A DNA stretch of 64,000 nt from an uncultured cyanobacterium (GCA_963744145.1 CAVUSO010000001.1:768001-832000), one strand, 5' to 3'. Counted from the stretch's first letter, positions 8,145-19,336 are shown. Numbers and translations are program-made. The notes: generated by a model from the sequence alone, not told the origin.

Positions 8145-10529
8145 ATGTCTAAACTAATTATGTCTCTTCTTAGTCGTCGCCATTTTCTTGGTCATGTGGC
8201 TTTAGCTACTTTTGGATTGCTGACAAAAGACTTTCTTTATCCAGTTAGTGCTAGAGCTAATAGCGAGGGATTAGTCAAGAGTTCTGATATCTTAGAAAAG
8301 TATCATATTTGTGTTCCTTATATAACGGCGCTGCGGGGGGGTAAACAAACAGTACCTCTCCGTTCAGGAGATAATTTTGAGATAAAAATTTCTCCTCGAA
8401 CTCAAGAGAATCAGGAGATTACTATTAAAGGGTATGGTCAAGATGGTAAAGATATGATTGTAGTCTTCCATACCTTATACGATCAACAACTTAGAGTAGC
8501 GGATCAAGTTTATCAAGAAATTGACAAACATACGGAATTTTTTGAACAAGCAAGTAAAGCTAAATGTAAATCAGTGTACGAGCAAGTTGAAGATGGTCAA
8601 TATATTGACAATATGATCTCATTAGACTTGTTAGATTATGTGATATCCACTTCAAAGCTAGATAGCAAAATTAAAGAGCGTTACCAAATTGCCAGCACTA
8701 ATTCGCGTCTGATCGGAATTCAGGAAAGTATTGAATCTACATTAGCTAAATCTAAATTGACTGAATCAGACAAAAAACTGCTTAGAGGAACTTACGCTTA
8801 TGTCCGAGCTGGTGAACCAGTTCCTAATTTTAAAGCACTGACAGACATTGACTCAATTGTGACTAACTCAACCCTACCATTAGAAATTCAGCGGAGTTAT
8901 TTTTTAGCTAGTGCCAAATCAAAAGCGTTAACGGTTGACTTTATTATTGTTAAACTGATTAACGACAGCCAACAACTGAACTCCGAACAAAAGACACTTT
9001 ACCTATCAATTTATCAACAGGTCCGCGATGGCAAGACAGTTGAGGATGAAGCAAATTTAAAGTCCCTAGACTTATTCATAAGAAATGCTAAAATTTCAAA
9101 AAACGCTAAAATTGTTTACTCAATCGCCAGAATAAATAATTTAGATAACCAAGAAGATTTTGCCAAAAATGTAGTTGGTTTTGTGCAAGATGCTCAAACA
9201 TTTCAAGAGCAGCTAGAGGACATTAAAGGCCAAGGATTTGCTATTATTCCACAAGCTACTAAAATCCTGAGTACACTGGGAGCAGAAGCAGGAACAGGTG
9301 TCAGTATTAGTAGTTTGTCTGGAGCAGCTGCTACCAACGCAACTTTAGCCGTTTTAGGTGGTGGTTCAGTTGCAGCAGGTGGTTTAGGAATGCTGGGTGG
9401 ATTAGCAGTAGCAACAGGAGGAGCAGCACTAATTGGAGCTGCTGGATTGTTGTCGATTGCGTTAGTCCAGGAAATGGACAGCGAAGATCGAAAGAATTTA
9501 GGGATTGCAATTGGTACAGGAACCATAGCTGGTGCTGCTACGGTTTTAGGTGCTTGGACTGCTGCTAGTGCTTTGGGAGTAGCAGGCACATTGTCCGGTG
9601 CTGCTGCTATTACTACTACCATCTCGGCTCTTGGTGGACTCAGTATACTTACTGGTGGTGCTGCGCTGGTTGCATCAGGTACAGCATTTTTAATTTGGTC
9701 ATTGTTGCAAGGACAAAAGCAACGAGATCAGTCCTTATTGCATCAATTAGAAACTCGAACTTACACCTATACTGAAGATATAATTTCAAGTAATGTGGGC
9801 TCATTTATCCAAAAAGATATCGGCCAAAAATACAGTTTAGCTAATGCCTTTTATGCTCCTAATATTCCCTTGGATAAGCTATCGAATTCTTTATCTAAAT
9901 GGCTAGATATTGATTCAAACGAAAAGGTAATCGCTTTAATCGATACGAGTGGATGGTTTGGTACTTACGGTGCTGTTTTTACTGAAAGTCGGCTCATCTG
10001 GACAAATAACTTGATCAACTATGAAGATTTAGTCAGGTTTTTCAAGAGGGAAACAGAATTAGCCTTATTGTTATCTGACCAAAACCAGATGACAAAATTG
10101 TCTAATTTGAAAGAGGTAGTAGATATTTTATCTGATGATAATTATAAGTCAGATCTATCTAAGTTGAAAAAATTAGTTGACATATTATCTAATTACCCAG
10201 ATATAAAGCCACTTCTATTAGACGATAGGTATAGGACCCAATTAACTAAATTGAAAGATATAATATATATATTTTCTGATGATAATTACCAAAGAGATTT
10301 GTACAAATTAAAAGAGGTAGTAGATAGTCTATCTGATCATGAAAATAACTTAGTAATCTTTTTAGTAATCTTTTTATCACCGGAATTAGTCTCACTAATA
10401 TCTGATGATAATTACAAACAATACTTATCTAAGTTAAAAGATTTAATCTATACCTTATCTTATCAAAGTATCCAAGATTCTTTGATGCAAATGCTTCGAG
10501 AACTTGGTCAAAGATATAGCTATGTTTAG
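8145..10529 (+). CDS. 794-aa multidomain hypothetical protein (Tat-like leader, repeats, glycine zipper)
   Basis: Long ORF; 'SRRHFLG' leader; Gly/Ala-rich hydrophobic region; C-terminal 'SDDNY' repeats. Confidence 0.8.
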   Translation: MSKLIMSLLSRRHFLGHVALATFGLLTKDFLYPVSARANSEGLVKSSDILEKYHICVPYITALRGGKQTVPLRSGDNFEIKISPRTQENQEITIKGYGQDGKDMIVVFHTLYDQQLRVADQVYQEIDKHTEFFEQASKAKCKSVYEQVEDGQYIDNMISLDLLDYVISTSKLDSKIKERYQIASTNSRLIGIQESIESTLAKSKLTESDKKLLRGTYAYVRAGEPVPNFKALTDIDSIVTNSTLPLEIQRSYFLASAKSKALTVDFIIVKLINDSQQLNSEQKTLYLSIYQQVRDGKTVEDEANLKSLDLFIRNAKISKNAKIVYSIARINNLDNQEDFAKNVVGFVQDAQTFQEQLEDIKGQGFAIIPQATKILSTLGAEAGTGVSISSLSGAAATNATLAVLGGGSVAAGGLGMLGGLAVATGGAALIGAAGLLSIALVQEMDSEDRKNLGIAIGTGTIAGAATVLGAWTAASALGVAGTLSGAAAITTTISALGGLSILTGGAALVASGTAFLIWSLLQGQKQRDQSLLHQLETRTYTYTEDIISSNVGSFIQKDIGQKYSLANAFYAPNIPLDKLSNSLSKWLDIDSNEKVIALIDTSGWFGTYGAVFTESRLIWTNNLINYEDLVRFFKRETELALLLSDQNQMTKLSNLKEVVDILSDDNYKSDLSKLKKLVDILSNYPDIKPLLLDDRYRTQLTKLKDIIYIFSDDNYQRDLYKLKEVVDSLSDHENNLVIFLVIFLSPELVSLISDDNYKQYLSKLKDLIYTLSYQSIQDSLMQMLRELGQRYSYV

Positions 10530-10589
10530 CTAATGAGAAAATTAGCGATCGCCTAAAATTGATAAAGATCAGCGATCGATATTTTTGTT

Positions 10590-10695
10590 GATATAGTTGA
10601 TCTATTGGATGCAGAAATGGCTGAGGGCAAAGCATTTCGGTCATAATTTTCTGTGTGATGACGATGTTTTTTCGCCGAAATGCTTTGCCCCTACA
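10590..10695. repeat. REP-doublet repeat unit
   Basis: GGGCAAAGCATTTCGG...CCGAAATGCTTTGCCCCTAC; same unit as 33290-33400. Confidence 0.8.
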
Positions 10696-10821
10696 AAGAT
10701 GGACAAAATTCTGTTTTTTTGGTAATATTCACAGTTTAGGTTGGGTCGATTGTCAAGCAGAATCTGCTATTAGTACCACAAAGTTTGATACCGATCGATC
10801 GCTTACCAATTATTTTTAACG

Positions 10822-11545
10822 CTAATTTTGAGGATTTTTTGGTTTAATTATCGGTTTAGGTTTTGGTGTGCTGGGGATAGAAATATCTAAATTCTCTACA
10901 GCTTGGGCAAGATTCTAAAACTTGCGTTGAATTAAGATATAGTGGAGATTCAGCGATGAGCTTTAACAATGGAATAGCACCTTGAAAAACTGGAACAGAA
11001 CATTGATTAATTCCCAACCATTTAGCTACTGGAAATATTACCGGAGCCATAATGCAATCTGGAGGTAAATTAGGAACTTGGGTAGTTATCCATTGTCGAA
11101 ACATTTTTTGATGATAAGCACTTTGACTCGTTGGACTATTAGTAACTTTCACCCAGTTTTCTCCTTCCCGTCGTTTCCAGTTGTCCTTGTACGCGCTAAA
11201 TGATCCTTTCCAAGTCTTAACTTCGATTAAAAATATCCCACCTGGACCAATGATTAAATGATCGATTTCAGTAAAAGTACCGATGCGGTTGGTAGGAATA
11301 ATTGCATTGTTAAACATTACCCAGGTGTCTGGTAAAGATTTTAACAAGAGAGAAATCCCCCATTCTCCTAAGCTTCCGGTGACCTGATTTTTCACCTGCT
11401 TAAAATCAAACATAAATGCACCGATCGCACCAAAAAAACCACCACCTAATGATTCTTGAGTAGCTTGACGGTTGGCAGTTTTTTTATCATTGACTTGATT
11501 TTGGAAAGCAGATTTAACTGCAACTGATTGGGATAGAACTTTCAT
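10822..11545 (-). CDS. NERD-domain nuclease-related protein with a frameshift near the C-terminus
   Basis: 'EIDHLIIGPGGIFLIEVKTWKG'; the true tail 'QAVENLDISIP...' lies in another frame after ~10910. Confidence 0.8.
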
Positions 11546-11641
11546 AAGACTTTAACTTGTATAGTAAGAAGTAGCTTGACTTTTTGATCCTTATTATACC
11601 CAAATCATAGATAATCTTCTTCTACAAGCTGATCCAGAAAT

Positions 11642-12298
11642 CTAGCCCCGATGGTTGATATTTTTGAACAAAGAATGAGCTAGCAATGCTGCTTGAGTTC
11701 GATCGCGTAAACCCAAGTGACTCAGAATATTAGTGACATAATTTTTCACCGTATTTTCTGAGAGAAAAAGTGCTTGAGCAATCTCACGGTTATTTGCTCC
11801 CGAAGCAATTAAGCGCAATACATCCATTTCTCTAGGAGTTAGTTGGGCTAATTCTGGGTATTGTTCCATCGATGGAGTAGCTGGAGGAGGGGACATAATT
11901 GCTTTTTCAAATAATCCTGGACCTAGTTGAGTATGTCCTTTATATATAGCTCGAATTGCTGATGCTAATTCATCTGGTTCTGTATCTTTGAGTAAATAAC
12001 CCTTAGCACCTAGTCTCATGGCTTGGGAAACATATTCATCATCATCAAAAGTTGTTAAAATTAACACTTTAGTCTGGGGATAGTTTTCTGCGATCGCTTT
12101 AGTCGCAGCTACTCCATCCATGACGGGCATCCGAATGTCCATTAATACTAGATCAGGTTTGAGTTGCCCAATTTGGATTAGTGCTTGTTGTCCATTTTCA
12201 GCTTCCCCAATCACTTCCATGTCAGCATTAGGCTCTAACAGACTTTTAATTCCTTGACGAATTAAAAATTGATCATCAACTAACAAAATCTGAATCAT
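11642..12298 (-). CDS. NarL/LuxR family response regulator
   Basis: REC motifs 'LLVDD' and 'LMDIRMP'; LuxR HTH 'LTPREMDVL'. Confidence 0.95.
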   Translation of the reverse strand: MIQILLVDDQFLIRQGIKSLLEPNADMEVIGEAENGQQALIQIGQLKPDLVLMDIRMPVMDGVAATKAIAENYPQTKVLILTTFDDDEYVSQAMRLGAKGYLLKDTEPDELASAIRAIYKGHTQLGPGLFEKAIMSPPPATPSMEQYPELAQLTPREMDVLRLIASGANNREIAQALFLSENTVKNYVTNILSHLGLRDRTQAALLAHSLFKNINHRG

Positions 12299-13497
12299 AA
12301 TATTATTTTTGATAAGGGTAAAGAAACCGAGATCCGACATCCTGTTCCGCTTTCACTGTCAATGTGAAACATCCCACCGATCGCTGTGGCTCGTTCACGC
12401 ATTCCTTGCAGTCCAAACCCTGTGGTATTCTGATTTGGATTAAATCCTTGACCATTATCTTCAATCAAGATATGAACCATTCCTAGTTGTTCGTATATTT
12501 TAATAATGACAGACTGGGCTTGAGCGTGCTTGTAAATATTCGTGAGTGATTCTTGCACAATTCTATACAGACTAGTGTTAATTTCTGTCGGTAATAATTC
12601 TGGTAAATCAATTTTAGCCGAAGGTTCAATTCCCGTAGTCTGCTGAAATTCCGTGAGTAGTTTTTTAATCGCTGATTCAATCGATTGACCATATAATGGA
12701 TTTGAACGTAATACAGAAACTGAACGACGAATTTCTAGTAATGCTTCCGCTCCCAATTGTTTGGCTTGTTTAACAAAGGTCAGTGCTTTACTATTATTTG
12801 ATTCCCAAAACAACAAAGCATTATTAAGCTGAATAGTTTGAGCAGCTAAAGTATGTCCCAGTCCGTCATGGATTTCCCGGGCAATTCGGTTACGTTCCTG
12901 TAAAGTTGCCTGATCTTCAATTCGGAGTGAATATTGTCTTAGTTGCTCGTAAGTAATCGCTAATTTTTGATGAGCATTTTCTAATTGCGATCGGCTCTGT
13001 CTTTCTGCTAATAAAGCATTAATTAATAATAAGGCAAATACTAAGGTTAAACCATACAATAATACATTACTTAACCGCCAATCCCAGATCGTGACTACCA
13101 ACTTTTCGGGGACAATCGGTCTGGATAATAGCCATGTCCCATAGGAGAAAAGCGATAACCCCAAAACCACTAAGCGTCCTGTCCGCTCAAAAATCAGACA
13201 ACTTCGCATTAGTAATACTAAACAAAGTAGGAAAACAGCGCGAGTCGATAAGCCATTTTCAATCGCTGATAACACAATCAAACTGAATTCTGCTGTTGTA
13301 TAAAATAATTTTGTGATCAATTGACCCGTAGGTAATCTTAACCCCATTACCCCAAACACAGCGATCGCCATAATTCGCAATGGTAAAGACCAGGATAATG
13401 GTAATGGTTGTAATAATTCCATTAAGATCGCCATTACTAATAACAACCACTCTAGGTATAGTAAAAAACGAAAAGATTGATAAGGTAGGCAAATCAT
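12295..13497 (-). CDS. HisKA_3 sensor histidine kinase
   Basis: TM segments, 'ERNRIAREIHDGLGH', 'DNGQGF', 'GFGLQGMRER'. Confidence 0.95.
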   Translation of the reverse strand: MICLPYQSFRFLLYLEWLLLVMAILMELLQPLPLSWSLPLRIMAIAVFGVMGLRLPTGQLITKLFYTTAEFSLIVLSAIENGLSTRAVFLLCLVLLMRSCLIFERTGRLVVLGLSLFSYGTWLLSRPIVPEKLVVTIWDWRLSNVLLYGLTLVFALLLINALLAERQSRSQLENAHQKLAITYEQLRQYSLRIEDQATLQERNRIAREIHDGLGHTLAAQTIQLNNALLFWESNNSKALTFVKQAKQLGAEALLEIRRSVSVLRSNPLYGQSIESAIKKLLTEFQQTTGIEPSAKIDLPELLPTEINTSLYRIVQESLTNIYKHAQAQSVIIKIYEQLGMVHILIEDNGQGFNPNQNTTGFGLQGMRERATAIGGMFHIDSESGTGCRISVSLPLSKIIL

Positions 13498-13898
13498 AGC
13501 ATTCTGATTACCGATAAAGAACTGGAGCAAAGCACCCAGCGGATTTTTTATTTTTCGCGAAGAAATCAAATAATCAAACAACATTTTAGCCCTTATGAAT
13601 TGACAATTTGCCCTAGATGTGGGAATAGTATTGGTATACCGTTCCCATGCTTATTTCTCTATAGCAATATATCTCAGAAATTGATAGAGTCATTGGGACT
13701 AATTAACAATTCCTCAACTAGGAAAAAAGTCATATAACCTTTAGGACTTTTTCACTGATTAAGTTAGGAATCCTACTTCATCCATAAGTTGATAGTTAGA
13801 TTTTAAGATAAGCTGATAAAAGTAGACGACAATTTAAATAAAGGCTCTATCTAGTTATCCATGCTGGCAAATTATCTGTTCAAAATCCAGAGGAGATC

Positions 13899-15747
13899 AT
13901 GACCCATCAAGTTTCCGATGAAATTTCTCCAGAAGTTGTTGATGAAATTCCCCAGGAAATTCCCCAGGAAATTCCCTATGATGACTTAGTGGAGAACGGG
14001 AAGAAACCAATCCGCAGTTCTGGGGGAAAAAAAAGGATTGGTTTAGCGCTCATTGGTGTGCTGTTACTTACCGCGGTGGGGTTTCTGGTGATCCGCAACC
14101 TAGCTACTCCTAAACTTGAAAAAGCTGGAAGATACGGTGCGAAGGGACAACAAGTAACACCTGTAACAGTAGCAACTGTGATCCAAAAAACAGTTCCTTT
14201 ACAATTACAAGCAGTTGGTAATGTTCAATCCAGTTCTACAGTATCAGTTACACCCCAAGCAAGTGGAATTATCACTGGAGTGTATTTCCAGAAAGGTCAG
14301 GAGGTAAGCAAAGACGCAACTTTTGTTTACACTTGACGATCGCACACAAGGTGCTGCGATTGAGCAGGCTCAAGGGGTGATCGCTAAAGACCAAGCTCTG
14401 GTAGGACAAGCTCGAGCTACTTTAGCTAAAGACCTAGGACAAGTAGAGCAAGCTCGAGCTACTTTAGCTAAAGACCTAGGACAAGTAGAGCAAGCTCGAG
14501 CTACTTTAGCTAAAGATCAAGCGATGGTGCGACAAGCTCATGCAACTTTAGCAAAGGATGAAGCGCAAGCAGATTACGCTCAGGCGCAGAACAAGCGTTA
14601 TGGTGATCTGTACAATGAAGGTGAAATTAGCCAGGATACAGCTCAACAGTACGCTACCAACTATCGATCAAGTCAGGCAACACTTCAAGTAGATCAAGAA
14701 GCGATCGCTAATGCTGAACAAGTCGTTAAAGGTGATCAAGTAGCGATCGACAATGCTCAACAAGTCGTCAAAGGTGATCAAGTAGCGATCGACAATGCTC
14801 AACAAGTCGTCAAAGGTGATCAAGAAGCGATTAAAAATGCTGAAGCTGTTGTCAGTAGTGACCAAGCTGCGTTGAAAAGCGTCCAAGTGCAATTGTCCTA
14901 TAGCAAAATTTATGCACCAATTGATGGTCTAGCTGGAAACGTTCTAGTTACTGAAGGTAACGTAGTTCAAGCTAACAGTACCACCCCCCTAGTTACCATC
15001 ACCCAGATTCACCCGATTCAGGTTTCCTTTTCAATCCCTGAATCCAATCTGCCTGCGGTGCAAAAACGTCTTCAGAATGGCAGACTTAAGGTTGACGTCA
15101 CCTTCCCTGACAGCACTCAATCAATACCCGGTACATTGACTTTTGTCAATAACACAGTTGATCCTACTACAGGGACAATCCAACTAATTGGCGATTTTGA
15201 TAATACTCAGGGAAAACTTTTTCCTGGTCAATTTGTCAATACTACCCTGACGCTAGCTGAAGAACCGGATGCGATTGTAGTTCCCGACCAATCTGTGCAA
15301 AATGGACCAAATGGACAGTTTGTTTTTGTCGTTAAACCTGACATGACCGTGGAAAATGTGCCCGTAGTTGTCAGCAACAGTGTTGATGGATTAGATGTAG
15401 TACAAAAAGGACTGCAACCTGGTGATCAGGTAGTAACAGACGGACAAGCAAATCTAGTATCAGGTAGTTCCATTAGCATCAAAACTGGAGCAGGTGCTGC
15501 TGATAGTGATGATTCAACTAGTTCCGTTCGCATTAATACGGGGAAAAATTCTGCTAAGGATAATACTCCAAATTCAGCGGGTAATAATGACAAAGATAGT
15601 AAAGAGAAAGCGGGTAAACAAAATGATCCTGGGAACAATAAGGTAAGCGGTAATGATGCAAATCCAAGTGGCAATCAGACTTGGAAATCAGGGAGAAAGA
15701 GAAAAGCCAAAGAAGACCAATCCTCACCATCAACTGGAGGGAACTAA
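13899..15747 (+). CDS. RND efflux periplasmic adaptor (MdtA-like), frameshift at ~14315
   Basis: Two overlapping ORFs join as 'GQEV..GQLLFTLD'; 'IYAPIDG', 'VDPTTGT', 'LFPGQF'. Confidence 0.85.
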
Positions 15748-18700
15748 TGAATCTATCGGAGATATTTATTAGACGTCCCATCATGACCACGTTGGTGATG
15801 GTAGGGATTTTGATCTTTGGTTTGATGAGTTATCGGTTGTTACCGATCAGCGATCTACCCAATGTGGATTATCCAACCATCCAGGTGAGTGCATCGCGAC
15901 CAGGTTCGAGTCCAGAAACCATGTCAGAATCAGTTGCTCGTCCCCTCGAAAAGCAATTTACTACCATCGCTGGACTTGATTCCCTCAATTCAACCAGTAC
16001 CTTAGGTAAAACTCAAATTGCGCTGCAATTTAACCTCAGTCGTAATATTGATGATGCTTCACAGGATGTAGAAGCAGCGATCGCCGCAGCATCGGGACAA
16101 ATTCCCAACGACTTACCTAATCCTCCCTCCTACAGTAAAGCTAATCCTGCCGATCAACCCATTCTTTATCTTTACCTAGACTCACCAACTTTACCCCTAT
16201 CCCAGGTAGATAACTATGCTCAAACTTTTCTAGCCCAAAAGTTATCTACCATTACTGGAGTAGGACAGGTGCAAATCTATGGTTCTCAAAAGTATGCTGC
16301 TCGCATTCAGCTTAACCCAGACCTATTAGCCAGTGCCCAAATCGGGATTGATCAAGTCCAAACTGTAATTCAACAGGGAAATGTAGATTTACCTACTGGT
16401 AGTCTTTCCGGAACTCATAAAAACTTTACAGTCCAGACCAACGGTCAACTTGAAGATGCTGTAGCTTATCGCAAATTGATTGTGTCTTATAAAAATGGAG
16501 CACCTGTCTATCTTAGTCAATTAGGTCGAGTAATTGATAGTGTAGAAAATAATAAGGTAGCAAGCTGGTATAATAACGACCGGGCGATTATTTTGACCAT
16601 CCAAAGACAGCCTGGAACCAATACAGTCAAGATTGTAGACACAATTAAAAAATTGCTACCGACGTTAAAGAACGAGATTCCTGCTTCGATTGAAATTGGC
16701 ATTCTCTATGATGCGTCTCAGTCAATTCGCGATTCCGTCGATGATGTCCAATTTACCTTAATGCTGACAATTGGTCTAGTTATTCTAGTAATTTTTCTAT
16801 TTTTGCGAAATCTTTCAGCAACGGTCATTCCTAGTCTCGCTTTACCCGTTTCGCTGATTGGTACTTTTGCTGTAATGTATGAACTCAATTATTCTCTAGA
16901 TAACCTATCCTTAATGGCATTGACCCTTTCCGTGGGCTTTGTGGTAGACGATGCAATTGTGATGCTAGAAAATATCGTTCGTCACATGGAAATGGGAGAA
17001 GCTCCCCTAGAAGCCGCCTTGAATGGGTCAAAAGAAATCAGTTTCACAATTTTATCAATGACACTCTCTTTGGTGGCAGTGTTCATTCCGATGCTATTCA
17101 TGAATGAATTATTAGGACGATTATTTCATGAATTTGCAGTGACGATCGCGGTATCAATTCTAGTATCAGGTTTTGTTTCTCTTAGCCTTACTCCGATGTT
17201 ATGCAGCCGTTTTTTGCGTCCGGTTGATCATAATGCTCATCAAAGTCGCTTGTATGAGGCTTCTGAATATGTGTTTGATCGAATTCTAGCTCTCTATGAT
17301 TGGAGCTTGAAAATAGTCTTAAAATATCACCGCACTACGATGATTTTGTCAGCTGCTTTGCTAGTAGTTACGGCGCTATTATTGGTAGCTGTTCCTAAGG
17401 GCTTTATTCCTAGCGAAGATACTGGACAGATTACTGCTATTACTCAAGCAGCACAAGATGCGTCCTTTGATGAATTGGTACGTCATCAGCAGCAAGTTGT
17501 TGATCTAATTCGTCAAAATCCAAATGTAGATGCAGTTAACTCTAATATTGGACCTGGTTCTAGTTCAACTGGTGGTGGAGCAGCTGTCGCTAGTAACTCC
17601 GGGAGTTTGTTTATTCGGTTGAAACCGATATCGGAACGTCATCAAAGTGCTGATGAAATTATTCAAGATTTACGCACTAAACTTGCTGATATTCCTGGTA
17701 TTCAAGTATTTCTTCAGAATCCTCCGGTCATTCCTATTGGTGCTCAGCAAACTACAGGACTATATCAACTCGGACTTCAGAGTTCGGAACTTCAACCCTT
17801 ACAAACCTATGTTCCACAACTGGTTAACAAAATGAAAATGTTACCAGAAATCCAGGATGTTAACAGTGATTTACAGTTTACTTCCCAGCTCAAAATTGAT
17901 ATTGATCGTGATAAAGCTTCAGCCCTTGGTGTTACTGCTCAGCAAATTGAAGATGCCCTCAGAGATGCTTATGGTGCTTATCAAGTATCGACTATTTATG
18001 CTGCAACTAATGAGTATCAGGTAATCCTAGAATTAGACCCCCAGTACCAACAAGATCCCAATGCTTTGCTGAAGCTTTATATTACTTCTAGTAACAGTAA
18101 CGGTAGTAGTACACAGGTAGTTACCAACTCCAGTAGCAATAACTCCAGTAGTACACAGGTAGTACCTAACTCTAGTAGCACACAGTTAGTTCCCCTAAGT
18201 ACATTTGCCAAAATATCTTCGGGAACAGCACCTTTAATTGTTAATCATTTAGGTCGGATGAATGCGGCTACAATTTCCTTCAATTTGGCTCCTGGAGCAT
18301 CCCTAGGAAATGCTACTCAAGCGATTGACGATCTCGTTAATACCATTATTCCTAAAAGTATCGCTACTAGCTTTACGGGTGCGAGTCAGGTGTTTCAAAG
18401 TTCACTACCGAATCTAGCGATGTTGTTAGCGATCGCCATCTTGGTAATTTATCTGATTCTGGGTATTCTCTATGAAGATTTTATTCACCCACTCACGATT
18501 CTTTCGGGACTTCCTTCAGCAGGTTTTGGTGCATTGTTAACATTAATGTTTTTCAATGTTGAACTTAATGTTTACTCTTTTATTGGGGTAATTTTGTTAG
18601 TGGGTATCGTCAAGAAAAATGGGATTATGATGGTAGACTTTGCCATAGAAACTCAACATCATCACGGGAGCAAACCTGCTGAGGCGATTTATCAAGCTTG

Positions 18701-18953
18701 TTTAGTCCGTTTTCGTCCAATCATGATGACAACTATGGCAGCATTAATGGGGACATTACCGATCGCGCTGGGATTTGGAGCTGGTTCAGAATCTCGCCGA
18801 CCCCTAGGTATTGCGGTTGTAGGTGGATTAGTGTTCTCGCAGATTTTGACCCTTTATCTTACACCAGTATATTACATTTACATGGAATCATGGCGCAAAC
18901 AACTAAGTCAGGTTAAATTTAGTCAAATCTTTTCACTTATAAATGGGCGATAA
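15747..18953 (+). CDS. RND efflux permease (MdtB/MdtC-like)
   Basis: 'MNLSEIFIRRPI', 'VVDDAIVMLEN', 'GIVKKNGIMMVDF', 'RFRPIMMTT'. Confidence 0.95.
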   Translation: MNLSEIFIRRPIMTTLVMVGILIFGLMSYRLLPISDLPNVDYPTIQVSASRPGSSPETMSESVARPLEKQFTTIAGLDSLNSTSTLGKTQIALQFNLSRNIDDASQDVEAAIAAASGQIPNDLPNPPSYSKANPADQPILYLYLDSPTLPLSQVDNYAQTFLAQKLSTITGVGQVQIYGSQKYAARIQLNPDLLASAQIGIDQVQTVIQQGNVDLPTGSLSGTHKNFTVQTNGQLEDAVAYRKLIVSYKNGAPVYLSQLGRVIDSVENNKVASWYNNDRAIILTIQRQPGTNTVKIVDTIKKLLPTLKNEIPASIEIGILYDASQSIRDSVDDVQFTLMLTIGLVILVIFLFLRNLSATVIPSLALPVSLIGTFAVMYELNYSLDNLSLMALTLSVGFVVDDAIVMLENIVRHMEMGEAPLEAALNGSKEISFTILSMTLSLVAVFIPMLFMNELLGRLFHEFAVTIAVSILVSGFVSLSLTPMLCSRFLRPVDHNAHQSRLYEASEYVFDRILALYDWSLKIVLKYHRTTMILSAALLVVTALLLVAVPKGFIPSEDTGQITAITQAAQDASFDELVRHQQQVVDLIRQNPNVDAVNSNIGPGSSSTGGGAAVASNSGSLFIRLKPISERHQSADEIIQDLRTKLADIPGIQVFLQNPPVIPIGAQQTTGLYQLGLQSSELQPLQTYVPQLVNKMKMLPEIQDVNSDLQFTSQLKIDIDRDKASALGVTAQQIEDALRDAYGAYQVSTIYAATNEYQVILELDPQYQQDPNALLKLYITSSNSNGSSTQVVTNSSSNNSSSTQVVPNSSSTQLVPLSTFAKISSGTAPLIVNHLGRMNAATISFNLAPGASLGNATQAIDDLVNTIIPKSIATSFTGASQVFQSSLPNLAMLLAIAILVIYLILGILYEDFIHPLTILSGLPSAGFGALLTLMFFNVELNVYSFIGVILLVGIVKKNGIMMVDFAIETQHHHGSKPAEAIYQACLVRFRPIMMTTMAALMGTLPIALGFGAGSESRRPLGIAVVGGLVFSQILTLYLTPVYYIYMESWRKQLSQVKFSQIFSLINGR

Positions 18954-19026
18954 ACATCAGATGTTTACAGAAAAAATTCACATTTTTAGGTATACTAAAA
19001 ATACGCTGATCTGAACAAAAATACTT

Positions 19027-19230
19027 ATGCTGAAAACAATTTGGGCAATAGTTAACCAAGGCAAAATTGAGTTACTAGAAAAAGTCAATATTCCTGAAGG
19101 AACAAGGGTGCTTATCACTCTTTTGCCTGATGAAGAAGATGACTTCTGGCTCAATACAAGTCAAAGTTCTATAGATAGTATTTGGGATAATACAGAGGAT
19201 GATATCTATGCCCAGTTACTCAAAAAATGA
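19027..19230 (+). CDS. Small putative antitoxin
   Basis: 67 aa ending 'WDNTEDDIYAQL'; overlaps a PemK-like stub. Confidence 0.65.
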   Translation: MLKTIWAIVNQGKIELLEKVNIPEGTRVLITLLPDEEDDFWLNTSQSSIDSIWDNTEDDIYAQLLKK

Positions 19231-19336
19231 TGTTATCTTAGTCAGATATCCTTTTTCAGATCTATCTAGCGTCAAAGTTAGACCTGGTATTGTTATAAAT
19301 GCACCACATATTTCTCAAGATGTTTTTATTCATTAA
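19208..19336 (+). pseudogene. Truncated PemK/MazF toxin
   Basis: 'MPSYSKNDVILVRYPFSDLSSVKVRPGIVI' stops at 42 aa. Confidence 0.75.

Noticed and set aside
4946..9622. Antisense ORFs 4946..5137 and 9203..9622
   Set aside because: Shadow frames of the Gly/Ala-rich region of the 794-aa gene and its remnant.
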